In this document: in pieces, positions 20,233 to 31,167 of the stretch
How positions within the stretch are numbered: position 1 is the stretch's first letter
How the letters are laid out: every line of letters starts with the position of its first letter
NCBI GenBank assembly: GCA_946965045.2
Contig: OX337230.1
Coordinates: forward strand, 1,922,001-1,986,000
Reading direction: 5' to 3'
Origin: Epithemia pelagica
Lineage: Eukaryota > Protista > Bacillariophyta
Length of the DNA stretch: 64,000 bases
Program-made: the position numbers and the translations under genes
The notes under the pieces: generated by a model
What the model was told of the DNA's origin: nothing
Databases searched by the model: none
What the model saw: the letters and a program-made list of their open reading frames with translations, nothing else

Positions 20233-22638
20233 TCATGTAATAAAGGGGAACTCGCCGCTTTCGTTATCGTTGTCACTGCTGCTGTTGAAGAAGTCGCGGT
20301 CGAAATATCTTGCCCGCGCTTCTTGCTGCTCATTGTATTCTTCGAGCGCTTGCAGGGATGCTAGTTCTCGAGCGTGCACTTCCGATCGGAATATTCTGGT
20401 CCTTTTACGGACATGGAGTCCGAAGAGAACGAGCACTGTAATGAGGGCAATCCATATAAAGTCCATTCGTTCATTGTCCAACTTTTCGCCCTCCTGGAAA
20501 GCGTCACCAAGGATTTCGTTCTTGGGTTTCTTCTTCTGTGTGGTATCATCGGGTGTATGATTATGCGTGGAGGGCTTCTTTTTGTGTTTTCCCTTGTTTT
20601 CCGTCTGGCACAAATTCGTCTTGTCAAAAAAGTCGATCCAAGCGGTAAGGGGTGTGTGATGAGGTAAAGGTTCTGCCTCTGGAAGACTCCCAGGGCTATT
20701 GGAAGAATTGGTCCAAACACGTTGCAATGTGTCCCTGATTTGCTTCAGAGAAAAGTCATCCGTAACCAAATCGAACTGAGCGTCGGCACCGTCTCCATCC
20801 CATGGCTGAGGGGACTCGGGGCTTGGACACATGATCCAAGCTGGCAGGTCGGGCAAAAATGTTCCTGCACCATTTTCATTCAAAGCAGCATTCAAAGCAG
20901 TGATCGCAGATCCAGGAAGCCCCGGAAACAAAGACATGCTATCATTGAAGGGCGCGACAGCGATGACTTCGTCAAGAGTCAACTCTTTGGCCAGGAGGTC
21001 GTACCTCCAAAATCCCTTGTCCAGCAGCACCACTTTGGGGTTTCCGGTGTGTGTTGTTGCGGTCGGTTCCCACGGAAAGACGTGTGGAACCACATGATCG
21101 CAGAATAAGCCCCAGAGAGAGTTTTCTTCATTAAGTCCCTTTGCTAGGTAATGATTTTCTTCAATACATCCCACAATTCGAAACAACCCCAAATCAAATT
21201 GGACTCTTTCAATAAACAACGACAAGTCGAGGCCGTCCATGGTTGCGACAATTTCTTCACCGAGCACCGTTTGTAATGCATTATAAGAGGCATCTATGAA
21301 CGTGAACTGAAAGGTATCGTTGTTCATTGGTGTCTTTGGTGAGTGGCTAGGGTCGGTCTCTGGAGGCGGATTAGTTGGTGGAACTGGTACTTCGTTTGTT
21401 GAGTTCGAGCCTGTGCAGTCGACTGTATCGTCGCCATCCAGACAATCCGTCGTATTGGTGGCCTCCGCTGCTTCTTTGGCAGCCTCCTGAGCGGCTTTTT
21501 CGGCCTCTTCCTCGGCCTCTTCCTTGGCTTTTGCCACTGCTTTCACTGTCGTTTGAGTCGGAAAGGAAACAAACCCAATAGTGTCAAGATAGCGGCCTGC
21601 CTCAAATGACAAACTGTGTTCGTCTGGCTTTGAATAGCCTCGGTAATGAGTGTGTCCAGTGACAAACTGAACAGGCATATCACTATCAACAAAGAGTCGA
21701 ATTCGATCCAAAATGACTTTGATTAACGCATCTCGATGATCCATGTGAGCAAGGACTAGGATCGCATCGAAGGCAACACTGGTGCCCATGAGAGCTTCCT
21801 CAAACCATCCTTCTGTTATGACCTCTTCAACTTTCTTCACCGTGACTTTTGGATCATAGCCTTCCATATTGTACAAAAATCCAAACACGAGAACTGTCGA
21901 ATGTTGTCCATACATGTAAGTAAACTTGTTGCCAATGGGTTCCAACGATTTGGTTTCCACGATGTTGGAACTAAGATATCTTCTTCCCCACCACTGTGAG
22001 AAGCCACCTGGTCGGACAATCTGGTCAATCACTGATCCACGATACAACTCATGATTTCCGACATTGACAGCATCCCAAGGCATCTTCTCCAACAAGGGCA
22101 TAAGGTACGATGGATCACCATTTAAGGCCAATCCAGTTCCGTCAATCCAATCTCCATTCATCACAAAGAAAAGATCATGCTTGTGCTTCTCTGGATCACT
22201 CGCATGAAGTACCTCTAATCTTTGCTTCAAGATTTGATAAAAGGAAAGAACATCTCCGTAATCAAGATCATACTTTTCCTTTTGCCCGTGACCACCCAGC
22301 CACGAATGAGTATCCGTTAAGATCACAATGTTGATATCACCCAATGGCAACTTCGGAAGAACCACGGTGCTGGTCCCATCTTCAACGCCAGTGACAGCGG
22401 AAAACGCTCCAGTCAATGCAATGGATCCCAAAAGTAGACGAAGGATCCTCATGAAGTGTAGCTGGTGGGAGGGAAACCACATGCTCATGGTCGGCTCTTT
22501 TTGGATGTGGTTGTCGGTCGTGGAAGTGGAAGAGGCCCAAATCGACGAATGCCCGGGGGCGACGGAGACCGCAGCAAGGCTCAGCGAGATTTCTTTTTGG
22601 GCCCAGTCAGTCGCCGGTAACACGTACTCATCGATCAT
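20233..22638 (-). CDS. Calcineurin-like metallophosphoesterase / 5'-nucleotidase-like type I membrane protein; true start probably at a downstream Met
   Basis: LTDTHSW, MNGDWIDGTGL, VNVGNHELY, VLAHM, VTGHTHYR metallophosphoesterase motifs. N-terminal signal-like segment and a C-terminal TM (FIWIALITVLVLFGLHV). Confidence 0.85.
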   Translation of the reverse strand: MIDEYVLPATDWAQKEISLSLAAVSVAPGHSSIWASSTSTTDNHIQKEPTMSMWFPSHQLHFMRILRLLLGSIALTGAFSAVTGVEDGTSTVVLPKLPLGDINIVILTDTHSWLGGHGQKEKYDLDYGDVLSFYQILKQRLEVLHASDPEKHKHDLFFVMNGDWIDGTGLALNGDPSYLMPLLEKMPWDAVNVGNHELYRGSVIDQIVRPGGFSQWWGRRYLSSNIVETKSLEPIGNKFTYMYGQHSTVLVFGFLYNMEGYDPKVTVKKVEEVITEGWFEEALMGTSVAFDAILVLAHMDHRDALIKVILDRIRLFVDSDMPVQFVTGHTHYRGYSKPDEHSLSFEAGRYLDTIGFVSFPTQTTVKAVAKAKEEAEEEAEKAAQEAAKEAAEATNTTDCLDGDDTVDCTGSNSTNEVPVPPTNPPPETDPSHSPKTPMNNDTFQFTFIDASYNALQTVLGEEIVATMDGLDLSLFIERVQFDLGLFRIVGCIEENHYLAKGLNEENSLWGLFCDHVVPHVFPWEPTATTHTGNPKVVLLDKGFWRYDLLAKELTLDEVIAVAPFNDSMSLFPGLPGSAITALNAALNENGAGTFLPDLPAWIMCPSPESPQPWDGDGADAQFDLVTDDFSLKQIRDTLQRVWTNSSNSPGSLPEAEPLPHHTPLTAWIDFFDKTNLCQTENKGKHKKKPSTHNHTPDDTTQKKKPKNEILGDAFQEGEKLDNERMDFIWIALITVLVLFGLHVRKRTRIFRSEVHARELASLQALEEYNEQQEARARYFDRDFFNSSSDNDNESGEFPFIT

Positions 22639-22684
22639 TTTTTAGACAAGCATCCATCGAACTCTCCGAGAGTCTGTCGGAGTC

Positions 22685-22702
22685 GGATCTGTTAACAGAT
22701 CC
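22685..22702. promoter_or_regulatory. Perfect 18-bp palindrome in a divergent promoter
   Basis: GGATCTGTTAACAGATCC is its own reverse complement. It lies between the head-to-head nucleotidase-like and GST/GHR genes. Confidence 0.45.
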
Positions 22703-22784
22703 TAAATCAGCTTTTCGTACGCATCAAGGCGGGACATTGGGCGTCGTTTCGGTATCATTAAAAAAAACTGTTGCTGAGCAAAAG

Positions 22785-24177
22785 AATGCGAATCTTTGCC
22801 GCATCATCCTGGTATTGTTATCCATTTCTTCTTACAGCAACGACTTCGTTTCCTGCCACTACTCACGCTTTCTTCTTCAAGTCTGTTCGGTCTCAATCAC
22901 CGTCATCAATTTCGCATCGTAATCTTGTAACCATTCCCAACATGTCCAAAGTTCGCACAGCTCTCGATGAAATGAGTACCAAGGGTGAATTCATCCGCAA
23001 GGATGCTGCCTATCGCAATTGGATCAGCAAAGGTACGATACTTCAGATGACTGGTGACGTTTAACGCCCTGTTCATGAAAACAACTAACAGTCGTGTCCT
23101 TTTTATTCTTGTGTCAACAGATCCCTCGTCCAAGTTTCCAGCGGAAAAGGATCGCTACCACTTGTATGTTTCGTACGCCTGTCCATGGGCCTGCCGTACC
23201 CTCATGATGCGCGCCCTTAAAGGACTAGAAGATGTGATCACCGTCACAGTCGTTCATCCCATTTGGCAAAAGACGCATCCAGAAAAGGATGATGTGAGTT
23301 CATTTGTGGAGACTTCTGACTTGAATTTCGATACGAAACTCACTGGAACACTTTTTGGTTTCAATCGTCTTGGTTGTTTGTCGCTGTGTAGCACGCTGGA
23401 TGGATCTTTGGTGATGTCGCTGGTCAAAACAAAAAATCTGCTTTGACTAACCACGATGGTAATGGTGGTCCCTTTTCCACCCACTACCCCGAGACGGAAC
23501 CAGATCCGTACACAGGATCTAAAAGTATTCGTGAAGTGTACGAGTCTGTCAATGACAAAGATGGCAAGTATTCGGTCCCCGTTCTGTATGATAAGAAACA
23601 GAAAGTCATTGTCAGCAACGAGTCGTCTGATATTATTCGCATGTTTAATACTGAGTTTGCTGCTTTGGCCCAAAACCCGGATACCGATTTTTATCCCGAG
23701 GATCTCCGTGAGACCATCGATGAAGTGAACTCATGGATCTATCCCAACATCAATAATGGGGTTTATCGTTGCGGGTTTGCGAAAAGCCAAGAGGCTTATG
23801 ACAAGGCCATTGATGATTTGACCAAGGCTTTTGATCGCATTGAAGAGATTTTGCAAAAGCAGCGATACATTGCTGGAGATCGTATGACCGAGGCAGACAT
23901 TCGTCTCTTTGTCACATTGGTTCGATTTGACGAAGTGTACACTGTATATTTCAAGACGAACACTCGTTTCGTTTGCCGCAGCGAGAGCATTTTGAACTAT
24001 GTCCGCGATATTTACCAAACTCCGGGGATCCGTGCCACCGTCAACATGGAACATATCAAGACACACTATTACTGCAGTCATCCAGTCCTCAACCATTACT
24101 CGATCATTCCAAAAGGAGATAACTTTTTGGAAGTTTTGGAGCAACCTCATAACCGAGATGAGAAGTTCAGCAAGTAA
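22785..24177 (+). CDS. Glutathione S-transferase omega-like / glutathionyl-hydroquinone reductase (YqjG/Ecm4 family), 3 exons
   Basis: [85 protein letters not shown]. Introns near 23033-23119 and 23294-23390. Start could be 22785 or the Met of MSKVRTAL. Confidence 0.93.
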
Positions 24178-24707
24178 ACAAAAGATGAGAGTCCTCCCGG
24201 AGTTTCTTGGGGCACTTCTTGCGTAATTACCTCGACACCATTCTTTTTTATCGCTTCATTATTTAATCTTGACTGTTTTTAATAGACATCTACCTTTAGC
24301 TTAGAGTGTCATCGACACAGATAGTCACAAAGTAGTTGTCGACAATAGACGAGGAGTTGACCTATATTTCTAGCAAGAGCCCTCTAGGTAGTCTCTACTC
24401 CTAACTCCTACATAGGAGTAGCGTTCAATACGTAGCAAGGCTCGTGCCACGTCATGGTCGTGACTGATTCAGTGAATCCGGAAATGACCGGGTACCGGGT
24501 AAGATTACAGATTACCGGGAACCGGGATAGAAAAGTGTGCCCGCTGACCGCGCTCCAGTAGGAGTCTACGTAGCAAGGATAGCTATACCTATACGAGGCG
24601 CGCGCGATGACAAAACAAAAAGAACCCGAAGCTGGAAAAAAAGCTTTGGAAATTGGAAACGTCTCCGTCACGATTTTCTTCTCTCTCTCTAAGAATATCG
24701 CGTCAAG

Positions 24708-27692
24708 ATGACAAGTGAATCAGATGATCCCCTTTGCGACGAAGAAACAGCCTTGTTACCTTCTAGCCGTGGTGGAAACAGTAACATTCTGGAAAAGAAA
24801 GGCGTCGGTAGTGGCGAAGGCACCAAACAACAACGAACACGGGTGGAACGAGGAATATCTTTCAATCGGGTTTTCATTTATTTGTTGATTGTAGCCTTGG
24901 TGTTGACCAATATCAGGAGCCGACGAAAGTTTAATGATGTCAGTGAGCAATTGAAGGTTTCGCAACAGACAATCGAAAGCATTGCCAGTACATTAGCTGG
25001 ACACGATGAAGTCATTCACCGATTCAATTCATCCATTACCAATGCTGACGTTATTGACAAGATATCCACAATGGAACAAAGGATGAATGATACCGCAAAC
25101 AGCTTGACAGGGCAACTCCAATCTACAAGACAAGATGTGAGCAAGCAATTGAACAACACCGTACAAGAATTATCCGAAACCGTTACGTTAGCGGAGCAGG
25201 AGATCTCAGATGAAGTGGAAAAGGTCAAAAAAGATGTCGAGCATTATGTCGTCACGACGCAGGATCAGTTCAGTTTGGAGAATTCTTTCATGGTCTATCA
25301 ACTTGCTGGAACATTTACATTACTCTCTTGTCTCATATCCATGTGGCATATGACTGCTCATTTGCGCAAGATGAACCAACCGAATGTGCAACGAAAAATC
25401 CTTGCAATATTGTGGATGTAAGTAGTGATGCTTTCACTTGATCTCATATGCTTCCGTGGAGTCAATTTACCTGGGGAGAGCTAGTCCATTTTCCATCTCA
25501 CTGTTGAACTTAAACTCGCTCGCCTTTTGTGTTACAAAGGTCGCCCATTTATGCAGTGACCAGTTGGTTTAGTCTGGTGTTTCATTCAGCTGAGGGGTAC
25601 TTGGCAATCATCAAAGATGGATACGAGGCATACATCATCTATCAGTTTTTGTCATTTTGCATTGCTGTTATTGGTAGAGGAGATCGTGATGTCGTGGTTG
25701 ATGTCTTGGCAAGGCATGCTGATCACCTCACTCCACCTTTTCGATTATTTGGCTGCTTCGAAATGTGTGGTTGTTGCGAGCCAGCACCTTTTCGCAACAA
25801 TCGAGCCTTGGCTGACGCCATTTTGCTGCAATGTCAAGGGTTTGCAATGCAATTTGTCTTGTTTAGACCATTGACGACCACGGCGATGGTCGTATTGAAG
25901 AAGTTGGAATATTATGGCGGTGGCACAGGTCCTACCGACTATCGGGCACCTCAGTTCTACATCACCATAGTCCAGAACCTGAGTATCTTTGTTGCCTTTA
26001 CTGGATTATTGAAATTCTACCATGCCGTTGACAAGGAGCTGCAGTGGTGTCGGCCACTCGCAAAATTTCTGTACGTCCGTAAATTCGCTTTCCTGAACTG
26101 GCGTTCTCTGTGTTTTTTTACTTCTAACACACTCTATTTACAGGTGCATCAAAGGCGTTGTGTTCATGACATTTTGGCAAGGTTTGTGTATTAGCGTGCT
26201 TGCTCAAACAACAGATGTTGCAGGGAATGACAAGGCCGAGTGGGCGACATCGGCGCAGAATTTTTTGATTTGTCTGGAGATGCTTCTGTTTTCCATTGCC
26301 CACTTTTATTGTTTCCCAACAGAGGAATGGCAAGAAGGATACCGTCTCAAAGTCGAGCGCAGTCAATTTGGAGATACGATTGCCCTAGGAGATTTCTTTC
26401 AAGATGTCAAACTGATTCTGACGTCCAGAGCGAGTAGTACTCATAATGACCAGCATTCCGTAAGGCGAAGACGGAGAAAATCATCCGCGGTTGGAAATTC
26501 TACTCGGTCCGTCTTCTCAGCGGATTCAGTAAGCTCTCCTGTGAGGTCTTTGAGGAAGGGTACCAGTGTTAAGAGTGCGAGAGGTGGAGCTCCAAAGTCA
26601 TCCAAACGAGTTTCCAAAGAAGAAGCTAGGCAATCGACTGTCAGCGAGAGCGATATTACATCCACAGTAAAAGAGAAAAAGGATAGTGAATCTCAATCTG
26701 AAGTGAAGGGTCGTGTGAATAGTACGACTGAGAATTCTTTGGAAGAAGAAAAAGTGACTGTAAAGGAAGAACAAGCTATGGGTATTGCATCTCCATCGAC
26801 GACAGCAATGAAAGATACAGCTGAAACTGGAAAACAAGAGCACAGTGTAATTGATGAAGAGAGCCACGACAGTGGAGACGATGACGACTATGAATACGAC
26901 GATGACGAAGAGGATGGATACACTGACACAACGTTGGAAGATCTGAACGATGATCAACAGTTTGTAAAGATGGCATTGAAGCGATCTTTGGGTGCCGCGG
27001 GGGATGATCCCGAGGTAAAGGAAGCTACCAAACGTCTCCTTGAAAGCAAGATATTATCTCCTGAATTCTTTCTCGGGAATGATGCGTCAATTGAGATACC
27101 TGCAGGTTTCAGCCATGTCTTCGGTTTGCACAGTGAAGGCGTTGCTGACTATGAGGGTGACTCATCATGCCATGACTATGAGGACGATGGAGAGGACGAC
27201 GGAAAAGAAGAAGCATATGAAGAATCGGTCGACGAAGGAAATGAGGTGTTTGAAGACGCTACTGAACTACCACTCGATGAAGTGGTCAAGAACGATGCCA
27301 GGATAGCAAACGAGAGAGACGCTCTAGTCACTTTAGGAGCTGAAGATGAGTCGAAGCAAGCGGCAGGGGAAAGCGGCAGGAAGATGAACACTGGATATGG
27401 CTCAATTACTAGCCATGATAATTCGTCCAACATTCAAGAAGGCTCAATAGAGACACCCGTGAAATTGACGTCAAATCATGTCCACGAAGGCAAGAGCTCC
27501 AACGAAGAATATTCACCGGATGAAAGGACCCCTCCTCGAGCATACCAGCAGAAAGGCTTGGAATTCCTTCTCCCAGACAGCGATACAGCTGAGGACCATT
27601 TGCGGCCAAGCTTCTTCACAACAGTTGCGCAGATTGGTGAGTCAACGAAAAATACGACAAAGAGTCGGGACCATGAGGAAGATTCTTTGTAA
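24708..27692 (+). CDS. TMEM184 / organic solute transporter alpha family protein with a long acidic tail, 3 exons
   Basis: HMTAHL...QRKILAILWM|SPIYAV.SWFSL, KDGYEAY.IYQF, QF...RPLTT, KFLC|IKGVVFMTFWQG, QNFLICLEMLLFSIAHFYCFP. Introns near 25417-25539 and 26071-26142. Confidence 0.9.
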
Positions 27693-27802
27693 TGTCATGT
27701 TACATATAATAAGATTAGTTGTACAGATATTTTCGTCGCGATGAAGAAGGCATTCAACGCATTGAAGAGGCCTGGCCAAATAGTGTCAATGGGTGAATCC
27801 AC

Positions 27803-30536
27803 TCAAGACATCGGGGAGTCATTCAACTGCTGTAGAACCCATTTGTTTTCATAAACACAATGCAGCGACTCTTCCGTGGAACTAGTTACAAGTTCGCAAC
27901 GTTTAAAAACTGCTTTGTTGCCATCGATACGGAACGCCCTGTTTCCAGGTGCAGCTGTAGCAGGAATGGAAAAGTATAACTGGCATAACTTCCAGAGAGT
28001 TGGGAAGCGAAAAATACGCTCCGACCACCATTTCAGAGGACATGGTTCTCCCGGATCATCAAACTTGATACCTTTCTCCAGTTTAAAACCTGACAGTTCG
28101 ACACTGCACGCAGCCTCCCAACTATCTTCATTCCTATCGTTGTCCTTTTCGTCCCCAGAGCTGTCGCTGTTATCGAGTGCAGCATAGGCACCAAGACTTT
28201 GGCGAGATTCTTTTGATAACTCAACCTTTGTTTCCGCAGCCTTTACTGTTGGTTCCTCACCATCAGTACTCGAGGGACGTAGTTTTACCATTTCATGTAG
28301 CAACTGTTTCCATACATTCTCACGAGCATTCTTCTCAAAAACTTTAAGTTTTTTGAATCTGGGGTCGAGAGCGTGAGCAAATATAAGCGCTCTATCCAGA
28401 CCAAAGCGCTCATTTTGCAGTCTGTTGTCGTCGACTCCACAAAAGGGATTCGACATGAAATCACCAAACAGTTCGTTCAGCGTTGATAGCATTTGACCAG
28501 TTACCACGCGTACTGCAGTCACACCATCAAGGTCATCATTTGAGTATTTGCTTCGATCTTGAAGCTGGACTCTGATTTCATACAAGAGGCAAACAACAAG
28601 AGACGACGTTACATTGTTGTTATCCTCCAATATCTTCGTTGCTTGAAGGAGCGGTTGCAATGCCAGCTGAACACAATCTAGTCTATTCCATTCATTCTCG
28701 GACAAGTTTCGAAAAGACGGAGATCTTGGTCCTTCTCCTGAGTTGGAGAAGAACGCGTCAAGTGCTTCCCGATAGTGAAGGAGACTTTGAATCATTGTCA
28801 CTGTAGCCCACCATTGGACTCCAACACTGTCAACAATATCGGGTACTTCGTCCTGGGGCTTCAAACGTTTTTGTGTGGCTTTTAAAGCCTCCATGGCAGA
28901 CTCGTTTTGGTCAAAGTACTGCGACAGACGAAATGCCACCACTAGAGCTTCTGCAAGAGGTTCACTCACATCTATGCAATCGCATTTCCCGTCCAAACCG
29001 AAATATGCCTTAAATGCAACATTGGCAACTTTCTGTAACATATGATCGAGGCATTCGATAGAGGATTCCCCGCAACTCCTAGCATCTGTGTCCTTGAGGT
29101 CAGTCAAAATGCAGGAAGGAGATGTTTCTTTAGATGACCCTAGGTTCCATGCCCTCAACTTTGCTATCCAATCCATCGCATCTGTGTCCATATCCACTGC
29201 GATCACACAACTCATAGGGGTGAAATCTTGTATCCAGTGAATTCGAAAGGATAAACATGACTTTGGGTTTTGTTCACTTTCATGCAAGAGCCTTTCTCGC
29301 CAATGATGTAGAACTCCCACCAAAGGAGCTTTGTGTTTGTGAATCATGTTAACTATATTTTGTTGAATTTGTTGTGCGATTGCGTTGGCGCGAGTCTTCA
29401 CACGGTAACAGCTCACTTGATACAATTCGTCCCTCCATGCTTCGGTCGTAGCAGCTGATTTTGTCGCACGTGAACCCGTCAAGGCTGCTTGTGCAATGGA
29501 CTGCCGTAATGAATAAAATGAGGGCTCATCAAACTCGGAAAAAGGTCGATTTCGGTCCGCAGCATACATTACATGTGCGTCCAAACACTTTGCGGCTGCG
29601 GAGTATAACGCGGATTCTTTGTGTGGTTTCGCTCCAGCGTTCAGTGTCAGGGTAGAATCGACTGTTGAGCGTTCATGTGGGGATGGTTTGGTGAACTTGG
29701 AGTTGGAGGATCTTCCACTGCCACTGTTTGGATGAGGGTTTTCGATCATGTTCCCACCATCAACGACAACGCGTGGTGCATAGGGCCCTCGGGATTTTTT
29801 GGCTTGCTTTGTAGAAGCGTCTTTCCCGTAATAAGATGCGAGAACGACTTGGTCTTGCGCGGCGTCCTCAATGGCCTTATGTACCGGTGGATGTTTACTG
29901 GCCAAATGACGCATCAAAGAGGAAGTTCCACTCCGTGTTCCAAGTTGCAACAACGCACCACAAATATTACATATCGCGACACCCTTATCCTTTCCGTCAC
30001 CATCAGCCATGATAAAGCCTTCGTGAAAGGCAAACCACCAAACCGAGTTGCGATTGTGCGGAGAGGAGATGCGCGGTTCAACTCTCCATAAAAAGTGTTT
30101 TTGGGTAATGTCGACTCCATCTACAATGAAAGGAATGGTCGATGGTACGTATTTTTCCTTGGGCGCTCGCAAAAGATTGCGCACTGATTCGACCGAGGCT
30201 TGTCTCGATTCATCTGTGTGGACCACAAACAATGAGATTTTTTTGGAAATTAACCAAACCACCAAAGACGACACGTTTGTTGCACTTACTTTTGCTACTG
30301 TCATGTGTTTTCTCTGGTCCCATTGGCGCCATATACTCTGGGTGTTCTTGTTGAACATTTGTCATTTCATATGTTGTCGGACCATTCCTGTGCTGATCGA
30401 ACAGGTTTCTTTCCTCTTCTTGCGGTGTTGGTTGTTTCCGTTTGGTTCCAACCTGCTGCTGCTTGGAACGGTCTTTGGTGGATGCGAGAGCTCTAAGATT
30501 CTCGAGATATCCTCCTACTTCCGATGGATCGGACAT
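27803..30536 (-). CDS. BED zinc finger + hAT transposase-derived protein (probably domesticated, non-catalytic), 2 exons
   Basis: BED finger VWWFAF...AICNICG...GTSSLMRHLASKHP; CxxH (CLDHML); hAT dimerisation block PLKWWSERIFRFPTLWKLCQLYFSIPAT. A GTAAGT...CACAG intron at 30289-30214 joins the MSDPSE exon in frame. Confidence 0.85.
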
Positions 30537-31167
30537 TTTGTGACGATTGAATGAAACGGATTGTTGTCGAGTCTTTGCTGTCTACTCTGGGTGGTCAGGC
30601 GGGTGTGCCGTGAACCACAATAACAACAGACCACAAACACAAGAGTATTCGTATCCCTCTGAGATCAGAAACAAGTTTACAAATTTGGTTTTGTGAGCAA
30701 GGCCAAAGAGCACAGTGTCAAACAGTCCTTGCGTTTATTACCTGCAGTGATCTTGAGTCCGCGGTGCAAGGTGCAAAAGTGCGTTCGTGTTCGTAGCCTC
30801 TGTTTCTTCTGGACGGCGTCCCTCTCTCTCCGTAGCAATTAGTAGCCCTTCCACGCAGACAAACACCGACCCCGACCCCGGCCATCGAGTATTCCCCGAT
30901 ATGCCGCGTGAGCAAAGTTTGGATGGTTGCGAGACGGATTCTCATGACTCGGAGCGACTTTAAAGCGACCCATTTTGCATCATACGGTACCCGACGGCAT
31001 CGATGATGGATCTACATCTTCTGATCTTTGTCGTCCGTGAGTTGCGAGTTGCGAGGTCTCATGAATCTACGAACAGAATACCTCAAGAGAGAGGCCATTC
31101 TACTTGTGATTCTGGAATTGTTTTCTGTATCGACTGGGCCAATCAACATTCACAATCTATTGTTGGT

